A stretch of 64,000 bases of DNA from Macrostomum lignano (lineage: Eukaryota), in NCBI GenBank assembly GCA_002269645.1, contig NIVC01001549.1, forward strand, positions 124,001-188,000, read 5' to 3'. Shown piece by piece: positions 26,827-41,268 of this stretch. Position 1 is the first letter of the stretch. The number at the start of each line of letters is the position of its first letter. Both the position numbers and the translations under genes were made by a program. The notes below the pieces were generated by a model that was not told where the DNA came from, searched no databases, and worked only from the letters and a program-made list of their open reading frames with translations.

Positions 26827-27129
26827 CAATTTAAAGACGGCACATTACTCGCAATGGCCTTGATTACCAATATATACCGGAATATTTAGGACAAAAACGA
26901 ACGTGATTCGATTTGATTAAAGTCGCATAAAAATACAAACATTACATCGCTTATGGTTACCTTGTAATCTTGATAAAGATTCACCATTAAAAAAATGTTT
27001 TTTATGAAGCCTACTTGCTACTATAAGCAATATCTAAAGATTCGTTCTTTTTTCATTAAAAATTCTCTTTTCAGTTAAGCGATGCTGCATATCTGAGACT
27101 TATCGACGCAACGATTAAAAGGAGATAAA

Positions 27130-28560
27130 AGTGCCAGATACAGAGGGTGTGCCAGATACAGAGGGTGTGCCAGATACAGAGGGTGTGCCAGATACAGAGG
27201 GTGTGCCAGATACAGAGGGTGTGCCAGATACAGAGGGTGTGCCAGATACAGAGGGTGTGCCAGATACAGAGGGTGTGCCAGATACAGAGGGTGTGCCAGA
27301 TACAGAGGGTGTGCCAGATACAGAGGGTGTGCCAGATACAGAGGGTGTGCCAGATACAGAGGGTGTGCCAGATACAGAGGGTGTGCCAGATACAGAGGGT
27401 GTGCCAGATACAGAGGGTGTGCCAGATACAGAGGGTGTGCCAGATACAGAGGGTGTGCCAGATACAGAGGGTGTGCCAGATACAGAGGGTGTGCCAGATA
27501 CAGAGGGTGTGCCAGATACAGAGGGTGTGCCAGATACAGAGGGTGTGCCAGATACAGAGGGTGTGCCAGATACAGAGGGTGTGCCAGATACAGAGCGAAT
27601 GCCAGATACAGAGCGGGTGCCAGATACAGAGGGTGTGCCAGATACAGAGGGTGTGCCAGATGCAGAGGGTGTGCCAGATACAGAGCGAATGCCAGATACA
27701 GAGCGGGTGCCAGATACAGAGCGAATGCCAGATACAGAGCGAATGCCAGATACAGAGCGGGTGCCAGATACAGAGGGTGTGCCAGATACAGAGGGTGTGC
27801 CAGATACAGAGGGTGTGCCAGATACAGAGGGTGTGCCAGATACAGAGGGTGTGCCAGATACAGAGGGTGTGCCAGATGCAGAGCGAATGCCAGATACAGA
27901 GCGGGTGCCAGATACAGAGCGAATGCCAGATACAGAGCGAATGCCAGATACAGAGCGGGTGCCAGATACAGAGGGTGTGCCAGATACAGAGGGTGTGCCA
28001 GATACAGAGGGTGTGCCAGATACAGAGGGTGTGCCAGATACAGAGGGTGTGCCAGATACAGAGGGTGTGCCAGATACAGAGGGTGTGCCAGATACAGAGG
28101 GTGTGCCAGATACAGAGGGTGTGCCAGATGCAGAGGGTGTGCCAGATACAGAGCGAATGCCAGATACAGAGCGGGTGCCAGATACAGAGCGAATGCCAGA
28201 TACAGAGCGAATGCCAGATACAGAGCGGGTGCCAGATACAGAGGGTGTGCCAGATACAGAGGGTGTGCCAGATACAGAGGGTGTGCCAGATACAGAGGGT
28301 GTGCCAGATACAGAGGGTGTGCCAGATGCAGAGGGTGTGCCAGATACAGAGCGAATGCCAGATACAGAGGGTGTGCCAGATACAGAGGGTGTGCCAGATA
28401 CAGAGGGTGTGCCAGATACAGAGGGTGTGCCAGATACAGAGGGTGTGCCAGATACAGAGGGTGTGCCAGATACAGAGGGTGTGCCAGATACAGAGGGTGT
28501 GCCAGATACAGAGGGTCTGCCAGATACAGAGCGAATGCCAGATACAGAGCGGGTGCCAGG
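27130..28560. repeat. 18-bp minisatellite (gccagatacagagggtgt) with recurring variant blocks
   Basis: About 79 units; gagcgaat/gagcgggt variants recur in clusters. Confidence 0.97.
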
Positions 28561-29293
28561 TTTTTCCTGTTTATTTTTTCGAACGCCAAGACAATGACCT
28601 TCAGTTAGTGAACTTTCGAACAATGGTGAATTGTTCAGGATGTTCTAGGATTGTTTTAGGATGCATACGAGCTATGCACGTGTGCAGTTTCTTGGCTTAA
28701 CATTTCACTCTCTGTGTTAAAAACTCAATAGTGCTAGGATTCATGCACGACTTAAGAACGATTTACTAATCCGCAGTTGCTTCAGTGTAAACAAAAAAAG
28801 ATCTCCACAAAGTTAGAGCTTAGCTTAATGGTCTTTACAGGCTCTGTAACTCTTATCAATGTACATGCAATGATGTAAAGCAGCAAAGATAACCGGGCGT
28901 GAATGCTGCGCGCCAGCGACCGCAAGACATCAAACTGGCTATTATATGCAAGTGTCAGTTTTTATCAGATTGATACTGAGATACATTGACTACAGTGATA
29001 CATTTCGCAACACGCCTGTACACTTAACTCAGAGCGCATTAGACCAAGCACATGACCTACAGATTCGCGAGATTCAACCCCTTTGCCTTTGGTTCAAAGA
29101 TTTAATCAATGCAAATTTTCTTGTGCAACTTTGTAAAGCCAATGCTGGATACCTGCGATGCAATCAGATTAAAAGTAAACAGAACGAGCTAAACACGCTG
29201 CCAATTCTCGCGCTGTATGAAATGCGCCTACGCAAACGATTCCGCTCTGACGGAAAAATTTCGCTTCTGTTGGCATCGAAGCGCCATTCTTCC

Positions 29294-32200
29294 ATGGCCT
29301 TGTCTTTCATGGCACCGTATTCGAAATATCCTATTGTTGTGCAGCTGCTGCTGCATGTACTACTACTGAGTCCAACTGTCTCTGGTGAGTTGAATCGGTT
29401 CGAACTTGGGACTTCGACTGTATAATTTTAGCGATTTAAAATAGGTTTTAGCATTAATACTTTTTCTCACACAAACGTAAAATTGCGTTTGCAATTAAAA
29501 AATATAAATAAATTATCACTAGTAGGGACAAGATGTAAAATTTCGAAACTGTTGAGCTTAATTTTTTTGAAGGCCCCATTGACCTGTCAGTGAAATATTG
29601 AAACAATTCCAATTCCAATTTCAAACAATACTGAAAACTTCTGACTTTATGAAAACGCATGTTGTTTTGAATATTATCATTTCATTTCAAAAATTGCCTG
29701 TTAAGTGCGAAAACAAAAATGTACGTAAATTTGATTCAGTATGCAATTATTTATACTCGTAATATAGCAATCCAACAGACTAAGAAATAGCATCACAGTG
29801 TGCGCATAGTACTTAACAATAGAAGCTTGTGTTTTAATTGCTTTTATGTTTCTAAAAGGAAACAAACTATACATCTAAATATTGAGTATTTAGATGCGCC
29901 TAAAAATGTTTTACCTCAGAATGCTTCTCCATATTAAATTCAGCCGCTAACGAGAGGACGCCAGAAGAAACGAATGCTGCGCCATCTAACTCGGTTCGAC
30001 AATCAACGCAGATGTTGCAGACAGGATCTGCTCATCAGATACCAACGAGTGCTAGCGTCCGAACTACGACTCGGCCGACTGCTCAAACAACAACTGCGAT
30101 CTTGGTGACTCCGAACAACTGCACTAGGCCAACTCGTGTGGCCAACCAATTTGGAATTTCGGGCCTCTCCGGGTGGGACCTGACTTCTCACGCCGACTAT
30201 TTCAATAATAGCGCCTCTGAGCACGAGCACAATTTGAACTGTCAGTGGATAATCGCCGGCCGGGACGGCCTCATCACTCTGATCCGCATTACGAATTTGA
30301 TTCTGGAGTCGTCGCCAACCTGCGATTACGATGCCTTGATTTTCGACTTTGTAGATTTAAAGACAGACTATTCAAGCAGTCAGAATTTTTGCGGCTCAGT
30401 AGAAAGCAAAGTATTACTTTCCGCGTCTGGAATTAACATCACGTTCAAGACCGATTCGAGTGTGAACTACCGAGGTTTTCACCTGCAATGGGCGTACGTC
30501 AATGAGTCGCTTGCACTAGAGATAAGAAACACAACTCGTGAGTCCTTAATTAAATATTATTGGCATAGTCTGTGGCACAAAATTGTTATTAATGACTACA
30601 ACCATCTCTTATGAGTTCTATTCCCTAACGTAGTCACACATGTATGACCGTATGTCGCATACATTGCTGGGCAAGAATTTTTGAGATCACATCCCCTTAG
30701 ATAGAATAATGGGAAAAACCTAATGTATTGAACCATCCGATTATATTTATGATCTTGAGTTAGTATATAATCCCATTTTCCCTCTTTATCCCAAGTAGAG
30801 TCAGCCTCTCGATACAGGGTGGTCAAAAAAGGCCTTTCTTACAGCTTTGTTTGTCACAGCAGCAGGTTTTTGTCATTTCTATAATAACAAAATGCATTTA
30901 AATCAACAAAAAGACTTGCTTGGCTTGCTATCATACCTGCTCAAAAATAGACAATTTCGCTGTCTGGCTTTCACACCGCTCCCACCCGGGCCCTGCTAAA
31001 TCAAAAGCATCATGATATCGTATTCTATACAAGGGCCTGTAGCTTAATGGTAACCTTTCTCGACTCCTGTGCTCGATTCTCGAATCACTCGGAACAATCT
31101 GTGTCCTTGAGCAAGACACAAAATTCTACATTGCTTCAGCTGGTTCACCCAGCTCTAAACTGGGTACCAGCATTAGCTGAGGTAATTGAGAGTGTGCGTA
31201 TGTGTGTGGCGACCCTACAGTCCTGGGTCTGTACAGCGGTAAATTTTATTTTACGCTCGGATTTATTGTTTACGAGCGTACTGGGGGGGGGGGCGTCACA
31301 AACCCAAAATATCATAACTCCGAAAACCAAAATAGCATTGCCCATCATAAACCCGAAAAATCACAGACCCGAAATATCATGACTCCGAATGAGTAAGGTC
31401 AATTTTAAAGGACTCAAAAGCTGCAGTATGTTATTATTTTAGCACGTAGATAGTTATTACATAGATAGATGGAGAGTCACACACAGACAAACCATTTTTA
31501 GGATATTGGCATGCATTTCAATAAATATACTCCACTGTACCATCCGCAGGCTACTCTCGATGCACCAAGCCGGAGGAGATGCGAGCAATAACCATCGCTG
31601 GTATCTCTGCTCCGGGTGAAAGGCTGGTGTCGCACGAAGGCTTTTCCATGGAATACGCGGGGTCAGCTCGATATAAAAACAATCAAAACTGTCAATGGAA
31701 TCTAACAAGAAAGAGCCAATACATTATGTTATGGGTCAGGCTGGTTCATCTCGAGTATTTAGCAAGCACTGGCGGTTCTCAGTTATGCAACTATGACAAC
31801 TTGACCTTGCACTTCACGGACGTCTCAACAGGCCAGCCAGTAAGAAGAACCTTGTGCGCCATGACGCGGGACCGGACATTCCTGGCCAATTCCAGCATCG
31901 AAGTGACGTTCCGAACAGACTCATCGGTCAGTTCGAGGGGATTCGCCATCGAATGGATGCACCTAAATGAGACGCAGGCTGAGCTGTTCCGACAGTCCTG
32001 GGGAAGGTTTAGTAAGAAGAAATCCGGAATATTTATTTTACTTTGAACGGTGTATACGCTCGTATCAAATCGAAGTCATTTTTTCACAAAAGGGGTGGGT
32101 TTCACAAACACGAAATTTCATTATCACCAAAAGTCACTTGCTTTCATAAATGCGAAAATTCACAAACGAAAAACTTCACAACCGCTAAATCACTTACTTT

Positions 32201-35200
32201 CATAAACGCAAGAATTTATAAAAGAAAACTTCACAAACGCGAAACTTCGCAACCGCTAAATTTTTTTCACTTATTTCATGAACGACAGTGTTTTTTAGCG
32301 GTTGAGAAGTTTCGCGTTTGTGAAAGTAGGTGATTTAGCGGTTGTGAAATTTTACTTTTGTGAAAGCAACCCCTTTAAAGACTTTAAAGAGAATAATCTG
32401 TAAAACACCAATGCAGAAATAGGAAGATATGTAATCTTTCTAAAGTATGCTACATATGCTACAATTTAGCTTAGTCTTTAATTTCTTGTATCCATGGCTG
32501 CGTAGAATTTATGCACAACACAAACTTAAGTCCTCTTACTACCTGAGGTCGTAAATATCTGCAGCAAGAGCGCAAAATATATTGATTTAACATTTAGTAA
32601 AATATTTCTGAATCAAAATTTTCTTAAAAAATCAGATAGTTACACGCGGCTGTACTGGTGTTCACATACTCGCACGCAGTTATATGTGTACCCGTATTTA
32701 TGTATCAGGTGCGCCAGTGCATTGAATAAATTCTTTATTGATGCAAAATCAATAGTTTCTGGGAGGGAGCGATTAGTTCAGCGATTGACGTGCCAAAATA
32801 CACATGCAGGCTCGATTCTAAGTTTCGGCCGCATGTGTTAAATTTTTCAATTGTCACAAAATTGCAAGCCTTATTAAACACCCATGTATATTTTCCAGCA
32901 AACACTACTCAATCACGCTGCATGGTGCCGATGCCGCTGTCAAATCTTACTCTAAACTCAGCTGGACCATTTAGCGGTGGCCAGCTAATGTCCCATGTGG
33001 AATACCTGACCATTGTCAACTCAAGCTACCAGCCGAACATGAATTGCAACTGGACTATTCGGGTGCCGGACAACTTCACTCTGATCCACTTTAGGATTGT
33101 ATCCCTGGATCTAGAGACCAGCAGCGTTCGAACTTCGGAGTGCAGATTTGACAATGTTACATTTGTGTACAAGAATGTCATAACTGACCGATGGGCCTCC
33201 AAGGTAGCTTGCAAAAGTTTACACCTGTCGTACTTTACTAGCAAGAGCGACGTGGTTGTGAAGTTTGTCACAGATCGCTCCGTGTCCAGGCGCGGCTTCC
33301 ACTTGAGATGGTATTTTGTACCACTGCATGATGCCTACGAGCTGCCAGGACTGGAAGACATGCAATGTAAGCTCAGTGGAACCAATAAGTATTGTAAATA
33401 CCGATCTTGAAAAATTGTAAATGCGCCTAAAACTCTTTCTAAAACCAATCGTCTTTGCAGCATTCAACTGTCCCGAGTTCGTAGATACCCTTCAACTGAA
33501 AGCGCTTACACTCGAGTTAAACCAACCAAGTCTTAACTGCATGTGGCGGCTGACAGTCCAAGGGGGAAAGATAATGCGAATAAATGCAATTTTCAGGGAT
33601 ATGCTTGATGATACGGAGATCTTTCTCAGTACCGGCTCACACGGTACGTTTCAAATTTACTACTTTTGAACATTACTATTAATTATTACACGCAATCGGC
33701 TGTTTCACTATGGAGCATTTTACTAGTGCATTTTCATTGCGTGACGAAGACAATAGATACGCTCGTATACTCGTACATAGGTACCGCTTGGAAAAAATAA
33801 TCTATTTACATACAGAAGCAAACAGCTGACAGGATAATTAAAATACCTTTATTAGTGCTAGCTAGGAGTGTTTCTTCTAAAAATAGCTTGACAACCCAAA
33901 TCTCTTCAATCCCAGGTGAAATATTGACTTCTGTTACGTCACGACTAAGACTTACTAAATCACGGAGATAAATACTCTCAAATGCCCGCTTTGAAAATGT
34001 GATGCGTATTCCTCGTTAAAATCACCCTGTTAGCAGCCAATCAAGGTATGTCAGAAGACATTTCTAGTTAAGTAGGAAGACGGAATTAATAATTGTATAA
34101 TTTACTGAGCGTCGTGGAAGTTTAAGAGTTACACCCGAAAGAGTTACTGCGGTTAGTAGCGCGCCAAATTTTTTCCAGTAGCTAGTATAAATAATCCAAA
34201 TGGGGAATTCGACGTTTTAGCAGTTTAGTACGATTTAAGGTAATTAATAATTTTTGCTACAAAAATATCCTTAGAAATGGTAGGAATAAACAATACGCTC
34301 GTAGAGAAGTATAGCTTTGGTAGTTATTTTAGTTCAAACACTCAGTGTAACTAGGACGCGATCCTTATCTTATTCCTAGTTTAACCGTGAATATTCTCAG
34401 TTATACATTATAACTTGCAAATTAACAGTTTAACTAGTACAAAACCCGAATCACCGATCCTACATGTAGATCCGCGGCCCTTTGATATCCATGTCGGCCG
34501 TGTTCTAGCCCTTGCTATACTTTTCTAGCTACAGTTTCGGATTTTTTTCGATCGTTTGCTTCTGTCATTATTTATTGTTGAAAAACTTCATAATTAAACG
34601 AAAAGCTTCTGAAAAAAGCTATAGATATGGCTTTCATGAAGAAAATGTCTAATGCAGATTCGTTATCAATTAATTCCAACACAAAAGGCTGAAATTCCAC
34701 ACTCCTACAAAAGCTTTACTGTATAATGTTTTCTTTTTCAGGGCCGTGTTGTTTATCATCCACAAAGATACTGTCCGCATCCGGCAGTGGACTGAGAGGT
34801 GGCATTCAAAAGCATTGCCTCTGCAAAAATAGCACTAACGGTTTCGATTTTGTTGCATACCCGGGTTCGGTAACGATTCGACTTCGCAACAGAATTTCCT
34901 TGCCTAACAGAAAGATTACTATATTCTGCACGACGCTACCGGGTAAAGTCTAGAGTTTTTTATGCCTAGGTCTAAGAAATAACCTTTATACACGTCTAAT
35001 CAATCAAAAAAGCAATTAGACAACAAGAAATAGAAGCGCCAATCAATTTATTCGTGTATAACCATTCTATAGACTGTTCAACCTCTTGGCATCTACTTAA
35101 TTTCAGAGCCAGTGCACACGAATTGCTCATCAGTACAGAGAATAAACAAATATCAAAGTAAGATTTCCGATCGTTTGACCCGGCTCAAGAGGATCAACTG

Positions 35201-38200
35201 TGAATGGACTATTCGACCACTGGACGAAAATCACGCAGTTAAAGTAAAGGTGATTCAGCTCGAATCGCGTGGGTACGTACACCTACCGTTTATAGAGCTT
35301 AGTGTCCTTTCTGATTCTAGCTGCATTGCCGATAGCACAGTGCTGAGCATTAGAGTAATATAGTATTGTAACTAAATTAAATTGTAAAGTTGACATTGAG
35401 ACATGCAAACTTTGCTTACATTGCAGCCGACTCTACCATCTTGGTTTACGAAATCGTTGGCGCCGTGCCACTGCAATGTTCTCCTCGCCACTGCTTCCAC
35501 CGCTACCCGGAAGCGCTGACTGCTCGTGCATGATGCAAGTCTCTACCGCTAAAGGTTTTTACCTGAATATCATTAGCAACTGGACAGAGGCGACTCATTC
35601 AGATGCGCCAGTAAATAGTGACAGTAGAGGAACCAGCAACATTGAGTTCAGAAGATGCTGTGGACGTGATCAAAGATATTTTACACCCGCGCATTCGATA
35701 CTGCACCCCGATTTTCTGGACTTGAGTAACGAAGTGCTAAGTTTAGGACCTGTTAGCATAAAGCTCAATATGAGTCGCCAACCTCTGCATGAAGTCATCT
35801 ACGAAATTGATGTTCAGCACTTTCCAGTCGCATTGCCCGGATCTAGCAGACGTAAGCTGAGTTATACAATTTTTTTTAACATAACATTTTTTCTAAATAA
35901 TTTCATAATTGTGCATTATGAACTATAAAAAATCTAGCTTACTCTTTTATCATCAGTCTGAAATTATAATTTTGATACTTAAAACCAATACTAGGCCTAG
36001 AAAGCTGCAAAGTACTCATTTTAATTAGTCCTATTCTGCGACGCAAAGTTTTACATGTATATTGTGTTTCTGGCTTGTTTGCCTTCATCAGTCGGCCATT
36101 ATAGCGGCGCGCTGCCCTTCCCACCGCTCTTAGTGAGCACAGAGTGCACAGAGTGAGCATGCTGTTACATTTTTGGACTATGGCAGATTTTACGATTCAA
36201 ATCTTTACTTGTCTACTTTTCTCAGTAGTCTGTTTTTCTTTCGAATCTTTCACAATATGAAAACATTTCTGCCAATTAAAAACTGTTGTTTGGCAAAAAG
36301 TATACCAAGTACAATCTAAAAAAAGTCCTTTCGAGAGGGAATTAGAAGTTTTTTAAGGAAGCGCTTGATACTTAAATTTATTAGAGGCCAACTATGCATT
36401 TCAGTTTGTTCTGGTCCGCCAAGCATCTCAAAGAACCATGATATAGTTGATGAACGCAACGGTAGCCGCTTAGTTTCGTTAAAGCAGTCCACTCTGACAT
36501 CTAAAACTGATTGCATCAGCAGTGTTCAGTTGACTTCATCTCAGTCATTGCAAACTGTAAGTTGCAAAATTTCATGCTGATAAGGTAATTAGCTAGTATG
36601 CAATGCAGCAGTATTTATAGTGATATAAACCAAACGACACTTATATTTACAGCAAGAAGACGGACATGGAATTAGACTGTCAGTGAATTGCACCGATAAC
36701 TCTGGGCATATAAATGTCGTCAAAAATGACCTGACAGTCACTAGAATGCAATGCGACAACGGCTCATTCTTGTTTAGCTTGTTAAAACGTGTCCCAGTCA
36801 CACTGGAAGCTGTGGGCACAGGTGGTTTTACTGCCGTGTTGGAACTTGTTTCCGTGGCCCTGGGTAAGAAAATTTGCCGTTTTTCTATTGTACGGCGTAC
36901 GTCAATTAAATAAAACAGTTCACTTTGAGAAACCAAACATGTGATGCAGTAAAAAGTAGTGGATATCGAATAAAATACAAGCAAAGACGCAGACAGAACA
37001 CGCTTTGGTTGTTCATTAAAATAAAAAGTATTATTAGAATTCGCAATTTAGTATTAGAAGTTTTTCACACATGCGTATCATCTTTATTAAATACAAATTC
37101 CTATTCATGATTAATTTTTCCGATCCTATTCCAATTTAGCTCACTGTCCAATCAAAGTTCCAACTGTCTTTTTTAGAAGTGGAACACTTTTGCAGCAGAT
37201 ACACTCCTACTAGTGACCCATGGACAGCTAACCTGCTCTTGTACACCAGACTGCCGCTCGGCTTTGCTGGGCTTCACCTACGTTTCTGTAGGATTAATAT
37301 GACTACGAAACCTGGACACGACCTCATTGTGCGGCTGCAGATGCCTTTCAGCAACGACTACCATGAGACATTCTGCTCGGAAGTCGGCTTGCTTCATTAC
37401 AAACCAAAGCTCAGCTTTATCCTCTCCGCCCCACACACAAGCAATCAGATGAAGCTGAATCTGTGCAATCAAGACTTACCTGGCGGGCTCCAACCGCAGG
37501 ATAAAATTCGAGTTAGCGAAGGCGAGTCCCTAACTATTGACGTAACCATGGCAACGATGTCGAATTTGCTTACGACCTTTGACCACATGCCTGAACCGGG
37601 AGATGATGATTTTGGAAGTTACGCACAGGGAAAAACTATCGACGCATTCCTTACCGCTAATCAAGGTACGCATTCTATTTTTAAACTAAACTAAAGTTCT
37701 GAAATTACATACATAATAAATACATTCGCAATTACCCTACCTGACGTAAAACAGTTGAGGTCTGCTCACGAATAGACAACTCAATTGAGCAGTGGCAGCT
37801 GAGCGCAGACGGTACACAGCTGCTCACCACTGTCACAGTCGCTCCTGACAACACTCAGACTGACTGTAAAATACAGCTGGACGCCTTCACTGCTGCTAGA
37901 ATTGTAAATAACACCAAACCCACCAGTTCTGTGCGTGAATTCTTGAAATTATCGAAGGCAGATTGCTGGAAGCTGGAAGTGAAGCTGGACAAGTTCAGTA
38001 CGGTTTGCGGACTCAAGCAGCTCATGCTGACTGCGTCTCACTGGGACTCTCTGGCAGCGTCGGTCGAGCACATGCAGCGAGAGGTCTGCGGCTCGGACTC
38101 GCAGTTCGAATTCCGCGTCGAGGCCAGCCTGCAAGCGGAAGGCAGCGGAATGAGTCTCGCGTACAGCGAAGTGAGGTCCGGCTTCAGGGCTCGGTTCTCC

Positions 38201-38555
38201 ATCTCGGGCTGCGGTCAGAGCTCTGCTCAGAGTGAGCAGCTGGTTGAGTCTCCAGGTGAGCGCGATTTGTGCATGATAAATAGATGATTTATGACGCCGC
38301 AAGATTGTGTATGAGCGCATACTCGTAGTCTTGTTCCACAAATTTTATCCTGTGTCAATTTCAGCAAACTCCAGCTTCGTCTCACCTGCACTGACCGCCC
38401 TGTTGGTAATTCTGGCGCTGTGCAACCTGCTTGTTGTATTGTATATTTTTCGGGCCAAGATAATTCGGTTTGCTGCTAGCAGGAGCCAACGATCGCGACA
38501 GCTGATTTACCAAACTGGCACCGATGGAGTGAATCTCATCAACGAAGATGACTAA
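29294..38555 (+). CDS. Multi-CUB-domain type I membrane protein (multi-exon)
   Basis: Signal exon 29294-29384 (donor GTGAGT). CUB exons at 30025-30537 (NCQWII...CDYD...FKTDSSVNYRGF), ~31550-32010 (NCQWNL...CNYD...FRTDSSVSSRGF) and ~32900-33367 (NCNWTI...CRFD...FVTDRSVSRRGF). Degenerate CUB exons at 33.4-35.9 kb, further exons at 36.4-38.3 kb, TM exon PALTALLVILALCNLLVVLYIF, stop 38553-38555. Confidence 0.8.
31033..31235 (+). mobile_element. tRNA-derived SINE with a CORE/MIR-like central domain
   Basis: A-box-like GGGCCTGTAGCTTAATGG, then TGTGTCCTTGAGCAAGACAC...CACCCAGCTCTAAACTGGGTACC, resembling the CORE-SINE consensus. Confidence 0.55.
32091..32373. mobile_element. MITE/foldback element
   Basis: Imperfect TIRs AGGGGTGGGTTTCACAAA / TTTGTGAAAGCAACCCCT, with internal inverted ttcacaa.c/gcggttgtgaa modules; the right flank is TTAA. 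Confidence 0.6.
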
Positions 38556-40639
38556 AATTAGCTGCGTTTGGCACAAACTGAATTCGAAACAGTTTTGTAA
38601 CAGTAGAAATGCCTTGCGATAAATTTTATGTTAAAAACATTCTTGGCACTTCTGATGAGGACAGTAAAAAAGCATGTTATGATCTGCTTAGCAAGAATTC
38701 ATTAGATCATTTTTCTGCAGGATCAGCAATACTGATCATATTTACTATTTAATTATTCAATTTGGATTGAATTGGCTCGCTAAAAATCATTAGATGTGCA
38801 ATTGCTTTAGTTTATTATGCCTTCAGTGAGGTTTGCTTATTTGATGTGTAAGTAGACTATGCTACACTCGCTGTATTGCGATGTTACGTAATCATGCCAT
38901 GTGCCATTTTATTCTACTGCAGTGTATTAAAACATTGAATGTGAGATATTAATTCAAATTAACTACTTGCTTCGTCCTGAATCAAATTGAAGTTAAATGA
39001 AAATGAGATATTTTAATGTTTTTTGACCTATGCGCAACAGTATCAACAATAGTCTGTTGTTTGTTTGTTTTTTTAGATTTACCAACTACTTGATTGCTAG
39101 AAACTGCCAGTAAATTCCCCAATATTAAAATTGGATTGATTTCACCCCATCAAGATGGCCTATTTTCAAACATCTGTGTCACAATAGCCGAACGGTTTTG
39201 AGAATTCTTCAACACTATACGCACGTAATCTATAAAATTAACTATTTAGCTCGAATTTACATGTGCAATTTTTACTTCTCTTGCTCAGCTGAACTGCGAT
39301 TTTTTTATAATCCTACGCGAATTTAGAGTGAATACTCTTATGCTCCAATCAGTCTAATGAATATCCTTGTGTAATCATGCATACTGATCTTATTTGAAAC
39401 TGGAATTCGTATTTTGCTTATGTGATTCTGATTCGTTTGAATCAAAATCAAACTTGCTATTACAATAAACAACATTTTACATATTTGACTTCAAGGTAAA
39501 AAGTTCTTTAATTGGTGACTAGGTAAGAATTTCGCCGAATTATAATTGTTAAGTAAAACCAAGTATTTTATAAACAAAGATGTCACTCCCTAAGTTGGAG
39601 TGACATCTTTGTCTAAAATCCTCAGAAAAATGTTTCTGTTCTATTGGTAGAAAGTACTGGTAACTCCTCATCTGTGTTCTCAGGTACTTTGAATCCCAAG
39701 TCTTTTACCAATTGTTCACTGGTTGCGGAATTGTGTAGAAATTTTTATAAACTTTGAGAAAAGGTGTAGAGAGCGTTTTGCTATATAGACATTTCTATAT
39801 TCACAATTTTCCACAAGAGCGATAGGTAGCGCTGTATTAATGTCAAGATTGAAACCATAGTTCGTATTATTCCCCACAAGATATATTGAATGAGGAATGG
39901 GGAATGAAGTGGGGGCAACACGATACGATTCGTATCACAAATAAGGTTGTCTATGCGTAACATTACAAATAATGATTGAATATCTAACAGGGCAATAAAA
40001 CCTGACAACTGCTTCGGCACTAGAAAGCCATGAAGTTTTTTGCACCAGATCATTTAGGTATAGTGGAAATAAAAAAAGCAACGACTTCTTCTGTTAGTTT
40101 GTCTATATTACGAGCAGCCTCATTCTGAGCGTGGCCTCATGAGGTGAAAGTGAAATACGCGTTTCCACTCCCTTATGTTAATAATAGGACAACATTGGCC
40201 AGGGCAATTATATACCTTTCTGTAGTATACGTCCGGGCCCCTAGTGAGTGGTGAATACATTAAGCGTGCCCCATAGGTCCATAAGCGTCCGCGTTCGCGG
40301 ACATATAAAATGAAACAAGCTGGAAAAAACAAATTCTTACTTATATAGATTAAAGTGCATCAAATCCTATAGCGCAGCTGTACTACCATTTACAGTTTTA
40401 GCAGTTGCCAGCTCAGCCGCGTTGATTAGTTTGGTTCAGCTGCGATTTTTTTGTTTGTTCAACGCTTTGAACTCATTGTTCAAAGTTACTAAAACACTTT
40501 CATGAGACAATTTTGCAAATGGTTTTTACATAAATGGTTAATTTGCGATAAATAGGAGCCCATTTTGAGCCCTGAGAGGAAACTCCGAAGGCGAATTTTA
40601 CCCTCCCTCTCTCTCATCTTTCACGGCCTGGTCGAACTA

Positions 40640-41268
40640 TACTCAGCAACAGTCAAAAGTTCAGAACTTTTTTCACTATTGCGAGTGACGCAACTTTACT
40701 ATTCACGCGCAAAGCTTATTGCCACTTGGGGGTGGTTTGGGTCTGCTTAATTGTCCAGGATGACAACGCGCCGCCACACCGAGCCGATGCTGTTAGTCAA
40801 CTGAAAGAACAGCTACAGCTACAGCACTCTGCACTGGCCTTCCCGGTCTCCAGACATGAATCCCATCGAGCATGTTTGGGACCTCCTGAAACGCAGCATT
40901 CGAAAAATGAATCCACCACAGAATGTTGCGGAGCTGCGTCATGCCATTGAAAACGCTTGGCAGCAGCTTCCCCAGGACTTTCTGCGGCCGGCTCATCCTG
41001 GGGATGCACCGCAGTGTCGCCGCACTTCTGCGTGCGAGGGGATCCCACACGCGTTATTAAGCATCGCGATATTTTAACTGTATATTGCATAAAAATAAAT
41101 TGTCAAGAATTTGTGCAACTGACGTTTATTATCGATTCAATCAACTTTCCCTTCCTCGCGGCTGCTTAGTTGCGTAACTGGAGAGTTGAAGTGTGTGAGA
41201 AGTTGTCGCAATAAGTGAGAAAATGTTTATCTTGCTTGAATGGTGGAACTTTTGACTGTTGCTGAGTA
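40640..41268 (+). mobile_element. Internally deleted Tc1/mariner element with intact TIRs and TA target duplication
   Basis: TIR TACTCAGCAACAGTCAAAAGTTC at 40640 and its reverse complement ending at 41268, both flanked by TA. Internal QDDNAPPH and SPDMNPIEHVWD transposase motifs, frameshifted. Confidence 0.85.

Noticed and set aside
27075-28700. Four ~500-aa ORFs
   Set aside because: Translations of an 18-bp minisatellite; no domain, no splice context.
31033-31110. tRNA gene
   Set aside because: Only an A-box-like head; no cloverleaf, and it continues into a SINE core.
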